Positions 19,481 through 29,188 of a DNA stretch of 64,000 nt are shown here, in pieces. The DNA is from Nitrospirota bacterium (GTDB lineage: Bacteria; Nitrospirota; UBA9217): assembly GCA_963663225.1 (NCBI GenBank), contig OY760142.1, positions 2,272,001-2,336,000 on the forward strand, in the 5' to 3' direction. Positions within the stretch are counted from its first letter, which is position 1, and the number at the start of each line of letters is the position of its first letter. Under the pieces are notes generated by a model, which was not told the origin of the DNA, did not search any database, and saw only the letters and a program-made list of their open reading frames with translations. The translations under genes and the position numbers were made by a program.

Positions 19481-19506
19481 CAATTTAACCGGGGAGGATT
19501 TTTCCC

Positions 19507-20370
19507 ATGCAAAAAAAAATACTGTTTCTCATGGCACTGACGGTTTGTATTCTGCTCTCGGGAATTTCCCTTGCACGTGCGGATGCAGCATGTGCGGAAG
19601 TCTATGGAACGGGAGCCAACAGGTTTTCCCTTGCCACGGGCAGCCCCGGAGAACTCGGCTTGCTGAAGATTCTGGGCGAGACGTTCGGCAAACAGTCCAA
19701 TGCTGCACTCTGCTGGGTAAAAGCAGGGTCCGGCGAATCATTGCAGCTCCTGAAGGGAAAAAAGGTGGACATGATCATGGTCCATGCGCCTGATATGGAA
19801 AAGAAGGCTCTTGCAGAAGGCTGGGGTGCAAACCGGACGCTGATAGGATCGAATGAATTTTTTATCGTCGGTTGTAAGTCGGACACGGCAAAGATCGCCT
19901 CTGCAAAGAATGCGGTCGAAGCCTATGCCCGCATAGCAAAGTCACAGACAAAATTTTTCTCACGGGGAGATAATTCAGGCACGCACAAGAAGGAAATGGA
20001 CGTCTGGAAAAAAGCGGGTATTGCCCCATCCGGCTCCTGGTATATAGTCACGAAGGATTTTATGACTGCAACCTTGAATCGGGCGGATCTGGAAAAAGGG
20101 TATTTCATGACCGACAGCAGTACCTGGGTTGCGGAAAAGAAGAACCTGCGGAACCTCACGATTCTTTTCCGGGGGGACAAGTTTCTTGTAAACACCTACC
20201 ACGCCCTCTCAGTACCGGCTGGGCAGTCTGCCGGGGCGGAGACCGCAGCCAAATTTATTAGATTCGTGGCCTCAGAGCAGGGCCAGATGATTATTCGTGA
20301 TTTTGGAAAGGAATTATTCGGAGAAGGGCAGTATAACGATGCTGCATATGCTAAAAAATACGATGATTAG
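19507..20370 (+). CDS. TupA-like periplasmic binding protein, variant motif
   Basis: Signal peptide, MVHAP, FFSRGDNSGTHKKE, MTDSSTW; ATGSPGELGLL occupies the place of TTTSxxxSGL. Confidence 0.8.
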   Translation: MQKKILFLMALTVCILLSGISLARADAACAEVYGTGANRFSLATGSPGELGLLKILGETFGKQSNAALCWVKAGSGESLQLLKGKKVDMIMVHAPDMEKKALAEGWGANRTLIGSNEFFIVGCKSDTAKIASAKNAVEAYARIAKSQTKFFSRGDNSGTHKKEMDVWKKAGIAPSGSWYIVTKDFMTATLNRADLEKGYFMTDSSTWVAEKKNLRNLTILFRGDKFLVNTYHALSVPAGQSAGAETAAKFIRFVASEQGQMIIRDFGKELFGEGQYNDAAYAKKYDD

Positions 20371-20395
20371 CTTACGATAATCAAGGAGGATTGCT

Positions 20396-21226
20396 ATGAA
20401 ACTGAGCAAAAAATGGGCGTTTACTGTTTTTATATTGGTTCTCATGTGTATGGGGACTGCTGCAACAGCCTCTGCGGAAATACGGATACGTTGTGCGTCA
20501 ACAACAAGCACGCAAAATTCCGGCCTGTTTGACTACATCCTGCCGGTATTCGAGAAAAAAACGGGTATTAAAGTTGATGTTGTTGCCGTAGGCACCGGCG
20601 CTTCCATTGAGATAGGAAAACGGGGAGATGCTGATGTGGTTTTTGTGCATGCAAAGGACCTTGAACTCAAGGCGGTTCAGGACGGGTATTTCGTCAATCG
20701 TCATGATGTAATGTACAATGATTTTGTGGTCATCGGCCCGGCGGATGATCCGCAGAAGATCAAAAATATAAAATCAGTCAGTGATGCATTTAAAAAAATT
20801 GCAAATTCCGGCTCGTTTTTTGTCTCGCGGGGAGATAAATCCGGCACCCATACAAAAGAACTGTCCATCTGGAAATCAGCTGCTATAGTTCCGGCAGGCC
20901 AAAAATGGTATTTGGAAGCAGGGCAGGGGATGGAAAGAACGCAGAGAATTGCAAATGAAAAACGCGCATACACACTGACGGACAGAGGTACCTGGCTGGC
21001 CACAAAAGACAAGGACAGACTGGACATGATTATCGTTCTTGAAGGAGATCCCGTTCTATTCAATCAATACGGCGTCATGGCGGTGAACCCGGACAAGCAC
21101 AAGCATATAAAGTTCAAGGAAGCGATGGCGTTTGTCGATTGGCTCATATCGAAAGATGGACAGGACGTGATTGCTTCCTTCAAAGACAAGATGGGAAACC
21201 AGCTTTTTATGCCGAACGCGAAATAA
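20396..21226 (+). CDS. tupA: Tungstate-binding periplasmic protein
   Basis: ASTTSTQNSGL, VAVGTG, VMYNDF, FVSRGDKSGTH, GQGM, YTLTDRGTW, NQYGV. Confidence 0.9.
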   Translation: MKLSKKWAFTVFILVLMCMGTAATASAEIRIRCASTTSTQNSGLFDYILPVFEKKTGIKVDVVAVGTGASIEIGKRGDADVVFVHAKDLELKAVQDGYFVNRHDVMYNDFVVIGPADDPQKIKNIKSVSDAFKKIANSGSFFVSRGDKSGTHTKELSIWKSAAIVPAGQKWYLEAGQGMERTQRIANEKRAYTLTDRGTWLATKDKDRLDMIIVLEGDPVLFNQYGVMAVNPDKHKHIKFKEAMAFVDWLISKDGQDVIASFKDKMGNQLFMPNAK

Positions 21227-21243
21227 CCACGCAGCCATGCTTT

Positions 21244-21280
21244 CCTTCTCCCGCCAAATATAAGGCGGGAGAAGGGTTTT
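21244..21280 (+). terminator. Intrinsic terminator after tupA
   Basis: CCTTCTCCCGCC/GGCGGGAGAAGG 12-bp stem plus TTTT. Confidence 0.75.
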
Positions 21281-21453
21281 CAGGCATTTCCCAGCATTCC
21301 ATACAACGCCCTCTCTTGTATCGTCCAAATAGTATGCATTTTTTTAAATCTTGACTGTAGTTATATCTCTGGACAATTGCCCGGTTATTCACTCCTGGGT
21401 CTGCTAAATTAAGGTATACTTATATCAAGAAAAGCAGAAAAGGAGGAAATCCC

Positions 21454-21660
21454 ATGAAACTGAGCACGCGAAACCAGATCAAGGGGAAAGTTGTGAACGT
21501 CAAAAAGGGAGCTGTTATGGCATTGGTTAAAATCGATATCGGCGGAGGGAATATTCTGACTGCTGCCATTACGGTAGATGCTGTTGACGATCTCGGGTTA
21601 AAAGACGGTGATTCGGTAACCGCGCTTATCAAATCAAGCAGTATTATGGTGGGGAAATAG
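21454..21660 (+). CDS. mop: Molbindin (Mop/TOBE domain protein)
   Basis: MKLSTRNQIKGKV...AAIT...LGLK.GD.V.ALIKSS, 68 aa. Confidence 0.92.
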   Translation: MKLSTRNQIKGKVVNVKKGAVMALVKIDIGGGNILTAAITVDAVDDLGLKDGDSVTALIKSSSIMVGK

Positions 21661-21837
21661 CACTCAGGGTGTTGCCTGTGCTCCTCAAAAGTTACTGCTT
21701 GCGACTTTAGCCGGTATTTTCGCAAACAGAGAAGGATGCCTGTATCATTTATCAAAAAAAAGCATATGATTGAAACGGCGCAATAAAGTGCTCTCTTGTG
21801 CTGCTCAATCATATGCCGTGGTCATTTTAATGCTGTT

Positions 21838-22377
21838 TTAACCGCCGCTATTAAGCGCCATACCAACTTCCGGATCAATGTTTATCCATGCACGCACTGT
21901 GTTGCCCTTGAGCGTGTAATGTGTATCAACAACATCCGGTGTGCCGAATCTCAAGGGATCATATAACGATTTTACCTCGAATCCAAGGATCGCTCCGTCA
22001 GCACTCATAATTTTCACCAACTGTGTTTGTTCGGAATCAATATTGCTCCCGAGAAACTTCTCAGCTTCGGCCAATGCCGCTTCTGCTGAAAGGCCCTTAA
22101 CGACCTTGTAGTCAATGCCGCGCGCTGCAATCTCAAAAGCGTGCCCATCGCTCTCCGGTTTCAGAATAGCGACATTTTCGGGATCACTGGCACTAACGCC
22201 TCCATACAACATGAGGGTGAAGGTCCCCTGTACTTCAGATCTATCTGCTAGCCTTGTTTTAAGCCCCGCAGCAGACGCATTAGAAGCAAGGCTGAAAACA
22301 AAAAACGTCGCGGCAACCATTACGAACAGACGCGTGAATGTTCGCCGATTGATAAATTTTGCATACTGTGAACTCAT
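21838..22377 (-). CDS. Exported hypothetical protein, possible Tat signal
   Basis: SD AAGGAG before ATG 22377; NRRTFTR, hydrophobic stretch and ASA cleavage site. Confidence 0.7.
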   Translation of the reverse strand: MSSQYAKFINRRTFTRLFVMVAATFFVFSLASNASAAGLKTRLADRSEVQGTFTLMLYGGVSASDPENVAILKPESDGHAFEIAARGIDYKVVKGLSAEAALAEAEKFLGSNIDSEQTQLVKIMSADGAILGFEVKSLYDPLRFGTPDVVDTHYTLKGNTVRAWINIDPEVGMALNSGG

Positions 22378-22574
22378 GGTGTGTACTCCTTTCAAGTGTT
22401 TCGTTGTTGCGATTCTTTGAAACAATTATAGCATACGTGTCAAGTTGGTTGTCAAGAATGTTTGTAAAAAATATTCAGCCGGTGGAAGCTCGTACTTTTT
22501 TGCTACGCATGGCGTTTCATTTTTGAACGAAGTGGCACAGCTTCGCGCCGGCTGTTGGTTTGCTTCGCCGCGAG

Positions 22575-23462
22575 TCAAGCAGCATGCGTCAAAGAGGTCT
22601 TCCAGGCACCCATAATTTCTTTCACGAAATCCTGAAACGTATGGGGGGCATGCCCGAGAAGTTTTTTCTGGGTCTCAAGATAGGACGGGTCGGCCGCCAT
22701 TCCGTGAGTCTGAAAATATTGATACATTGTGCGGAGATTGCTTATCTGCCAACCGGGAAGTACATTTTTGACCGACAACTCCCATATATCCAAATCATTC
22801 CCGTTGTACCGTATTTCCTTCCCTCCATAGTTGCTGTAAAGCAGGGCAATATCTTTGCCCGTAAGCCTGTCCGGTCCATGAATATTGTAGGTTTTGCCGT
22901 CGTAATCAGACTTCATGAGCGCATGCACCGCGCAATCGGCGACATCGCGAACATCAACACGATTCAGTCCTATCGCACCAAGCGGTATCGGATATATGCC
23001 AGCACGCATGATCGGTTCATGCAGCAGTGTGTCGTTTTGGAAAAAATTGTTCGGTCTCAATATTGTATAGGGTACCCCTGATTTTACTACTGCATTTTCG
23101 ATCGGAATTTTGCTGCTGAAGTGTGGTATTGCATCCGATCCCTCCGGCATGTAGACTGACAAATACACAATTTTCTGAACATGTGCATTTTTTGCTGCAT
23201 CAATTACGCCTACACCCTGCTTGGTTTCATTCAAACCAGCTGGCACCAGCAGAAAGACGGCATCCACTCTACTCATGGCGTCTTCTATGGTTACGGGTTT
23301 GCCGAAATCAGCAACATACTCCCGCGTCCCGCATGGCAGGCCCAGGGCCCTCGCCGCAGAACGATTGCGCGTCATGCATCGAACATTCACACCTTGTCCT
23401 GCCAGACCCCGCATAACGTGATAACCTGTTTTCCCGGTGCATCCGGTAACTAGTATTTTCAT
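22575..23462 (-). CDS. NmrA-like / atypical SDR NAD(P)-binding protein
   Basis: VTGCTGKTG, HFSSKIPIE, TILRPNNFFQN, VDVRDVA. Confidence 0.88.
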   Translation of the reverse strand: MKILVTGCTGKTGYHVMRGLAGQGVNVRCMTRNRSAARALGLPCGTREYVADFGKPVTIEDAMSRVDAVFLLVPAGLNETKQGVGVIDAAKNAHVQKIVYLSVYMPEGSDAIPHFSSKIPIENAVVKSGVPYTILRPNNFFQNDTLLHEPIMRAGIYPIPLGAIGLNRVDVRDVADCAVHALMKSDYDGKTYNIHGPDRLTGKDIALLYSNYGGKEIRYNGNDLDIWELSVKNVLPGWQISNLRTMYQYFQTHGMAADPSYLETQKKLLGHAPHTFQDFVKEIMGAWKTSLTHAA

Positions 23463-23712
23463 AGTGAGCCCTCCTTCTCGTATCTGATGGGCGCATTCGC
23501 GGAAGACAAAACATTTACGTTCTCATGCTTTGATGCTTCCGGCGCTTTGCCTGTCTACTATAATTTAATCACCACTTGATCAGACTGTCAAATAGGGATT
23601 AATTATATCCTGTTTTTTTCTGCGAAAAAAAATCTCCGGTTCTCGCCGGAGATGGACGGGTGTTTTACACTCCCAGTAGGCTATCCGGCCTCATCATGCT
23701 ATAATAGCAATC

Positions 23713-24690
23713 ATGCCGATTATCCCAACTTCATCTTACTGTGCACCGTTTCTGTTCTGGAATGGACATCTTCAGACAATTTTCCCGTCTCTGATGAGAA
23801 GATTAAACGGAAATTTCTATCAACGTGAACGCATCGAAACGCTGGACAATGATTTTCTGGACATCGACTGGGCCTGTGTCGGGAGCAGAAAACTCGCTGT
23901 TCTCTCGCACGGTCTGGAGGGGAACTCGCACCGGCCCTACGTGGTCGGCATGGCAAACATGCTGAACCGCAACGGATGGGATGCTGCAGCCTGGAATTAT
24001 CGGGGGTGTTCAGGTGAGATCAACCGGCAGCTGCGAATGTATCATAACGGCTCCATTGATGATCTGGACTGTGTCGTCCGGCATATATTGCAAACCAACC
24101 GGTACGACACGCTTGCGCTTATCGGTTACAGCCTCGGCGGCAATCTGACGCTGGTGTATTTGGGCTGCAAAGGAAACGATCTTGACAGAAGAGTGCGGAA
24201 ATCCGTGGTTTTTTCCGCGCCCTGCGACCTGGAAGCAAGCGCCCGGAAACTGACAAGATTGGAAAACAGACTTTATATGGAAAATTTTCTGGCTTCCCTG
24301 CACGAAAAAATCAAGGCAAAAATGAAAAGATTTCCTGACCAGATTCATGATGACGGCTACAATCAGATAAAAACCTTCAAAGACTTCGATGACCGCTATA
24401 CGGCTCCTATTCATGGCTTTAAAGATGCTGAAGATTACTGGCATACATGCAGCAGTGCGCAATACATACCGGGGATTAAAATTCCCACTCTTATTGTGAA
24501 TGCCTCAAATGATCCCTTTCTTGCGGGAGACTGTTATCCCGTTAAACAGGCGTCAGCCAGCACCACTGTTTTTTTGGAAATGCCGGAGCATGGCGGGCAT
24601 GTTGGTTTCGTACAATTTAATAAAAATAAAACCTATTGGTCCGAGGACCGAGCAATGTCTTTTTTGCAGCAGGGTCCTCAAATATTTTAA
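23713..24690 (+). CDS. YheT-family alpha/beta hydrolase
   Basis: NGHLQTI, HGLEG, NYRGCSG, GYSLGG nucleophile elbow, NDPF, GGHVGF. Confidence 0.9.
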   Translation: MPIIPTSSYCAPFLFWNGHLQTIFPSLMRRLNGNFYQRERIETLDNDFLDIDWACVGSRKLAVLSHGLEGNSHRPYVVGMANMLNRNGWDAAAWNYRGCSGEINRQLRMYHNGSIDDLDCVVRHILQTNRYDTLALIGYSLGGNLTLVYLGCKGNDLDRRVRKSVVFSAPCDLEASARKLTRLENRLYMENFLASLHEKIKAKMKRFPDQIHDDGYNQIKTFKDFDDRYTAPIHGFKDAEDYWHTCSSAQYIPGIKIPTLIVNASNDPFLAGDCYPVKQASASTTVFLEMPEHGGHVGFVQFNKNKTYWSEDRAMSFLQQGPQIF

Positions 24691-24849
24691 GATATGAACA
24701 TGGTTGGTTTTTTATGTAGAAATCCCTCCTCCAGTATCCATCCAGCAAAATCCATTGTGTGGTACCTTAAATTTTATCAATGTATACAAATAACATGGTA
24801 TACTAGTCACTACAAAGAAGTTCACGATAATCAACTAAGGAGGTCGGTC

Positions 24850-25608
24850 ATGAGGAAAAGTGCATTTTTTTGTTTTTTTGTGTCTTCAATGATAGTCATG
24901 TTTTTCGGTTTAAGCATAGCCACGGCGGATGAGGTGCGCTTAAACGGCGCAGCCACTGTAGCGGACCGGGTTGTTACCCCCCTTAAAAGCACGGTAGAAA
25001 AAGCGACCGGTGACAAGCTTATTGTTGTGGTAAATAACGCGGGCAAGGGATTGATTGATCTTGTTGAGGGCAGATGTGATGCCTCCATGTCTTCGGCATC
25101 TCTGGAAACCACTGTCCAGGCCGCAAAAACGGCCGGCAAAGAAGTTGACATCGCCAAACTAAAAATGCATCTACTGAAAAGCGATGAAATTGCCTTTATT
25201 GTCAATTCATCAAACACCGTTGTCGGCCTGACGCTGGAACAGATCAAGGATATTCATACCGGGAAAATAAAAAATTGGCAGGAAGTGGGGGGAAAAGACC
25301 TTCCCATCGTCGTTGTTACGGATTCGCTCACGAGCGCGACACGGGGTTTTATTAAACAGGCGGTGCTCAGCGGTTCAGAATACGTACAAAATGCCGTGGT
25401 TCTCGATAATATAAATAAAATGAATGACGCGATTGCCAACACACCGGGCGGTATTGGCGGGATAGGCAAAGGATTTGTTGATATGAACAAAGTGAAGATT
25501 ATTAAATCCGGAACCGTCAACAGACCGCTTGGGCTTATAACGATTGGAGAACCTTCAAAAAAGGTGCAAAGGGTCATTGAGGCATACAAGGCCGCGGCCC
25601 AAAAGTGA
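24850..25608 (+). CDS. Orphan PstS-like (PBP type 2) substrate-binding protein
   Basis: Signal peptide; LTLEQIKDIHTGKIKNWQEVGGKDLPI motif; SD AGGAGG. Confidence 0.8.
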   Translation: MRKSAFFCFFVSSMIVMFFGLSIATADEVRLNGAATVADRVVTPLKSTVEKATGDKLIVVVNNAGKGLIDLVEGRCDASMSSASLETTVQAAKTAGKEVDIAKLKMHLLKSDEIAFIVNSSNTVVGLTLEQIKDIHTGKIKNWQEVGGKDLPIVVVTDSLTSATRGFIKQAVLSGSEYVQNAVVLDNINKMNDAIANTPGGIGGIGKGFVDMNKVKIIKSGTVNRPLGLITIGEPSKKVQRVIEAYKAAAQK

Positions 25609-25639
25609 AAATCAGCATATATATTTAGAGGAGGAACAC

Positions 25640-26797
25640 GTGTCAGAGAAAAGAATTGCCCTTGTCACTGGTGACGGGGCAGGGCCGGATATGATGGCAG
25701 TGGCGTGTAAAATCGTCGTCAAAGCCGCAAAAATGGACGGGATGGACATTATTTTCGAGGAAACCCCTATGGGGTGGAATGCCTATGAAAAATATGGAGA
25801 CACATTGCCCCCGCAGTTCTTCAAGAGAGCAGTGGAGATCGGCACCATATTTTTCGGGGGAGTGGGAGATCCGAAATTCGACACCACGATCGGCGCAGAG
25901 AAGCCTGAGATGAGACCTGAGGCCCGCGCATTGCTTGCAATTCGGAGCGCCATGGGGTTGCTGTTGAATTTTCGTCCCATGATATATTATAAGTCGCTTG
26001 CTTCGCTGGCCAACGTGAAACCCGAAATGATACCGGATGAGGGCATCCAGCAGATATGGATACGCTATCTGCTGGAGGACAGTTATTTTGGAAATCAGGA
26101 CTTTATCAACGACATTCCGGCTGATATTGCCGATAAATTCGGAATAAAGCTGAAAAAAACGGTGACAGGCAAGGAAGAGATCGTGTCGGATGTCGCTTAT
26201 TTCCGCAGAAGCACGATAGAAAAATACCTGCGCGCTGCTTTTTCCTATGCGCGAAAGCTCAACCTGCCGCTGATTTCCATTGACAAATCGAATGTCATGG
26301 CGCGGTATGATTTCTGGAGAAAAATCGCCACCCGCATCGGCAAGGAAGAATTCCCTGATGTCACACTCATTCACCAGCTTGTTGATTCGGCAAATGCACT
26401 TCTTTTTACGCCCGCAAAACTTCACGGCGTTATCGCCTGTGGAAACGAGCATGGAGATATTCTTTCGGATGGCGCCGCCTCAGCCCTCGGAAGCATGGGG
26501 ATGATGTGCAGCTCCGCCGTCAATCCTGACACCGGAGCCGCGATGTTCGAAAGCGGGGCCGGAACAGCCCCGACACTGGCCGGACAGGATAAGGCAAACC
26601 CGCTTGGCCGAATCCTTACGGGAGCCATGATGCTTCGTCATCTCGGGGCGGAAAAGGGAGCGAAATCCATTGAAACCGCGGTAAACAGCGTCTTACAGTC
26701 CGGTTACCGGACGGGAGATCTTTTATCAAAAGCAGATGATCCGAAGAAACTCATCGGAACTTCTACCATGGGAGAAAAAGTTCTTTCCTGCATGTGA
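25640..26797 (+). CDS. leuB: Isocitrate/isopropylmalate dehydrogenase family, probable divergent 3-isopropylmalate dehydrogenase
   Basis: GDGAGP, VGDPKFD, RPE..ALLAIR...NFRP, DKSNVM, VDS, GDILSD, ANPLG; SD GAGGAGG before GTG. Confidence 0.75.
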   Translation: MSEKRIALVTGDGAGPDMMAVACKIVVKAAKMDGMDIIFEETPMGWNAYEKYGDTLPPQFFKRAVEIGTIFFGGVGDPKFDTTIGAEKPEMRPEARALLAIRSAMGLLLNFRPMIYYKSLASLANVKPEMIPDEGIQQIWIRYLLEDSYFGNQDFINDIPADIADKFGIKLKKTVTGKEEIVSDVAYFRRSTIEKYLRAAFSYARKLNLPLISIDKSNVMARYDFWRKIATRIGKEEFPDVTLIHQLVDSANALLFTPAKLHGVIACGNEHGDILSDGAASALGSMGMMCSSAVNPDTGAAMFESGAGTAPTLAGQDKANPLGRILTGAMMLRHLGAEKGAKSIETAVNSVLQSGYRTGDLLSKADDPKKLIGTSTMGEKVLSCM

Positions 26798-26808
26798 TGA
26801 TCAACTGC

Positions 26809-26842
26809 AAAGGTGCCGCTTTTGCGGGCGGCGCCTTTTTTT
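26809..26842 (+). terminator. Intrinsic terminator
   Basis: AAAGGTGCCGCT/GGCGGCGCCTTT plus T-run. Confidence 0.8.
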
Positions 26843-27030
26843 ATTACCCTGCGACTGCTGGCGACCAATTAATACATCCTAATACATCGCTCACTTTTGC
26901 GGTACCTCTCCCTTAGTCTTGACAAAGAAAAATTGAATTGGTATATATAGGCGATATTTTATACACTATAACAACGTACAGAGCAGGGAGGCTCTTGCGC
27001 TGTACGGAGCCCAAAGAACGAGGTATTTGC

Positions 27031-28953
27031 ATGACTGCGGAAAAAATAGAATTCAAAACTGAAGTAAAAGAACTGTTGAATCTGATGATCCATTCGCTCT
27101 ATTCCCATAAGGAAATTTTTCTGCGGGAACTTATTTCCAACGCGTCCGATGCCATCGACAAAGCGCGTTATGAAGCTCTGACGAACAAGGAGATTCTCAG
27201 CAATACCGGCGAAGGCAAAATCAAACTGATTGCCGACAAAACAGCCGGAACGCTGACGATCCGGGACAACGGCATCGGCATGACGCATGACGAGGTCATC
27301 GCTGAACTCGGGACGATCGCGCATTCAGGCACCAAGGATTTCCTGCGTGCATTGCAGGACAAGGCCGTGAAAGACAGGCCGGAGCTTATCGGCCAGTTTG
27401 GTGTCGGATTTTACTCCGCTTTCATGATCGCAGACAAGGTAACGGTTATTACGCGAAAAGCCACTGAAAAAACGACCAAAGCCGTTACCTGGGAATCCAC
27501 TGCCGATGGGTCCTATACCATCGATGAGACGGAAAAAGAGCAGGCAGGATCTGACGTGATCCTGCATCTCAAACAGGAAGAAAAAAAGTACCTGGACGAA
27601 TGGGAAATCCGGTCAATTATCAGAAAATACTCCGATTACATCGAATATCCGATTGTAATGGATGTTGTACATGAGAAAGAAGATCCCCAGGACAAAAACA
27701 AAAAAATCAAAACAACGGAAGAAGAAACACTCAATTCGCAAAAAGCCATCTGGCTCCGGGACCAAGCAGAGGTGACGGCGGAAGAGTACGGCAACTTCTA
27801 TCGGCATGTTTCACACGACATGGGAGAACCTGCAAAGGTCATCCATTACCGGGCGGAGGGAACATCGGAATTTACCGCCCTCCTTTATATTCCTTCGAAG
27901 GCCCCTTATGGTATCCTGTACCAGGACTACAAGATCGGTCCTATCCTGTACGTAAAACGTGTCCAGATCATGGACCATTGCGAACAGCTGATTCCCGCCT
28001 ATTTGCGGTTCTTAAAAGGGGTGGTTGACTCTTCAGATCTTCCCCTGAATGTATCCCGTGAAATTCTTCAATCCAACAAGCAGATCGAGGTCATCAAGAA
28101 AAACATTACCAAAAAAGTGCTTGATACCCTGGCGGACATGAAAAAAAGCGACTATGACTCCTACGTGAAATTCCACCAGGAATTCGGCAGAGTCTTGAAA
28201 GAAGGCATCCATTTTGACTTTTCGAGAAGGGAACAGATTGCCGACCTGCTTCTATTCCGGTCAACCAAAACGGCGATTGATAAATTTACCACACTGGAAG
28301 ACTATGTGAAGAACATGCCTATCGCGCAGTCTGACATTTATTATATTCTCGGCAAACCTGATGAAAATGTATTGCAGTCTCCGTATCTCGAAGCATTTCA
28401 GGAAAAAGGGTATGAAGTCCTTGTGTTGACGGATGATATCGATGATATTATCATGGCGGGCCTGCAGGAATACAAGGGCAAGAAAATCAAGTCCGTCGTG
28501 AAAGGCGACATTGTTCTCGACAAAACGGCAGGCCAGGATAAGGAACAATCGAAGCAGAAACTCGAAAAACTGCTCACGCTGATCAAAGAACAGCTCAAGG
28601 ATGAAGTGAAGGATGTGCGGCTGTCCAGCAGGCTTACGGACTCTGCGTGCTGTCTGGTGGCTGATGAAGGAGGACTGGATCCCCAGATGGAAAAGTTGCT
28701 GAAGTCCATGGGGCAGGACATCCCGGTTACAAAAAGGATCCTGGAAGTCAATCCGACCCATCAGGTCTTTGAGGCCATGAATGCGCTGCTGGAAAAAGGC
28801 GGCAATGATCAGCTCCTGAAAGAATACATAGACCTGTTGTACAATCAGTCACTTCTGCTCGAAGGCTCCAAGGTAAAAGAACCGGCGTCTTTCGCTAAAA
28901 CAATGGCGAAACTTATGCTGGAGAATGCAAAACATCACACTGCATCGCATTAA
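27031..28953 (+). CDS. htpG: Molecular chaperone Hsp90
   Basis: HSLYSHKEIFLRELISNASDA, IGQFGVGFYS, GVVDSSDLPLNVSRE; upstream TTGACA-17-TATATA promoter. Confidence 0.97.
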   Translation: MTAEKIEFKTEVKELLNLMIHSLYSHKEIFLRELISNASDAIDKARYEALTNKEILSNTGEGKIKLIADKTAGTLTIRDNGIGMTHDEVIAELGTIAHSGTKDFLRALQDKAVKDRPELIGQFGVGFYSAFMIADKVTVITRKATEKTTKAVTWESTADGSYTIDETEKEQAGSDVILHLKQEEKKYLDEWEIRSIIRKYSDYIEYPIVMDVVHEKEDPQDKNKKIKTTEEETLNSQKAIWLRDQAEVTAEEYGNFYRHVSHDMGEPAKVIHYRAEGTSEFTALLYIPSKAPYGILYQDYKIGPILYVKRVQIMDHCEQLIPAYLRFLKGVVDSSDLPLNVSREILQSNKQIEVIKKNITKKVLDTLADMKKSDYDSYVKFHQEFGRVLKEGIHFDFSRREQIADLLLFRSTKTAIDKFTTLEDYVKNMPIAQSDIYYILGKPDENVLQSPYLEAFQEKGYEVLVLTDDIDDIIMAGLQEYKGKKIKSVVKGDIVLDKTAGQDKEQSKQKLEKLLTLIKEQLKDEVKDVRLSSRLTDSACCLVADEGGLDPQMEKLLKSMGQDIPVTKRILEVNPTHQVFEAMNALLEKGGNDQLLKEYIDLLYNQSLLLEGSKVKEPASFAKTMAKLMLENAKHHTASH

Positions 28954-29188
28954 GCAGAAATATTCCTTTCCCTGAGGCTGCTGTCGATTCTGCTTCCTCA
29001 GGGAAAGATATCTTTCCGAATTTTTCTCTCAGAGTCATTCCAGGCACGGAATGCCTGACGTATTGTACTCTCCTAGTGCTCCATTCGTTTTTTATTGTTT
29101 CCTTCACAAAACCGATACTTGTGCTATGCTTAACAAAAGCACTTTTTGTCATGTGCTGTATCAAAGACTTCTATTTGGAGGAATTATA

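Noticed and set aside
23576-23591. TTGATCAGACTGTCAA as an FNR box
   Set aside because: The spacer is 6 nt rather than 4; it is better explained as the minus-strand -35 (TTGACA) of the NmrA-like gene.
26870-26950. CIRCE or heat-shock element before htpG; TAATACATC tandem repeat
   Set aside because: No TTAGCACTC-N9-GAGTGCTAA is present, and the two-copy 9-mer is too short to interpret.
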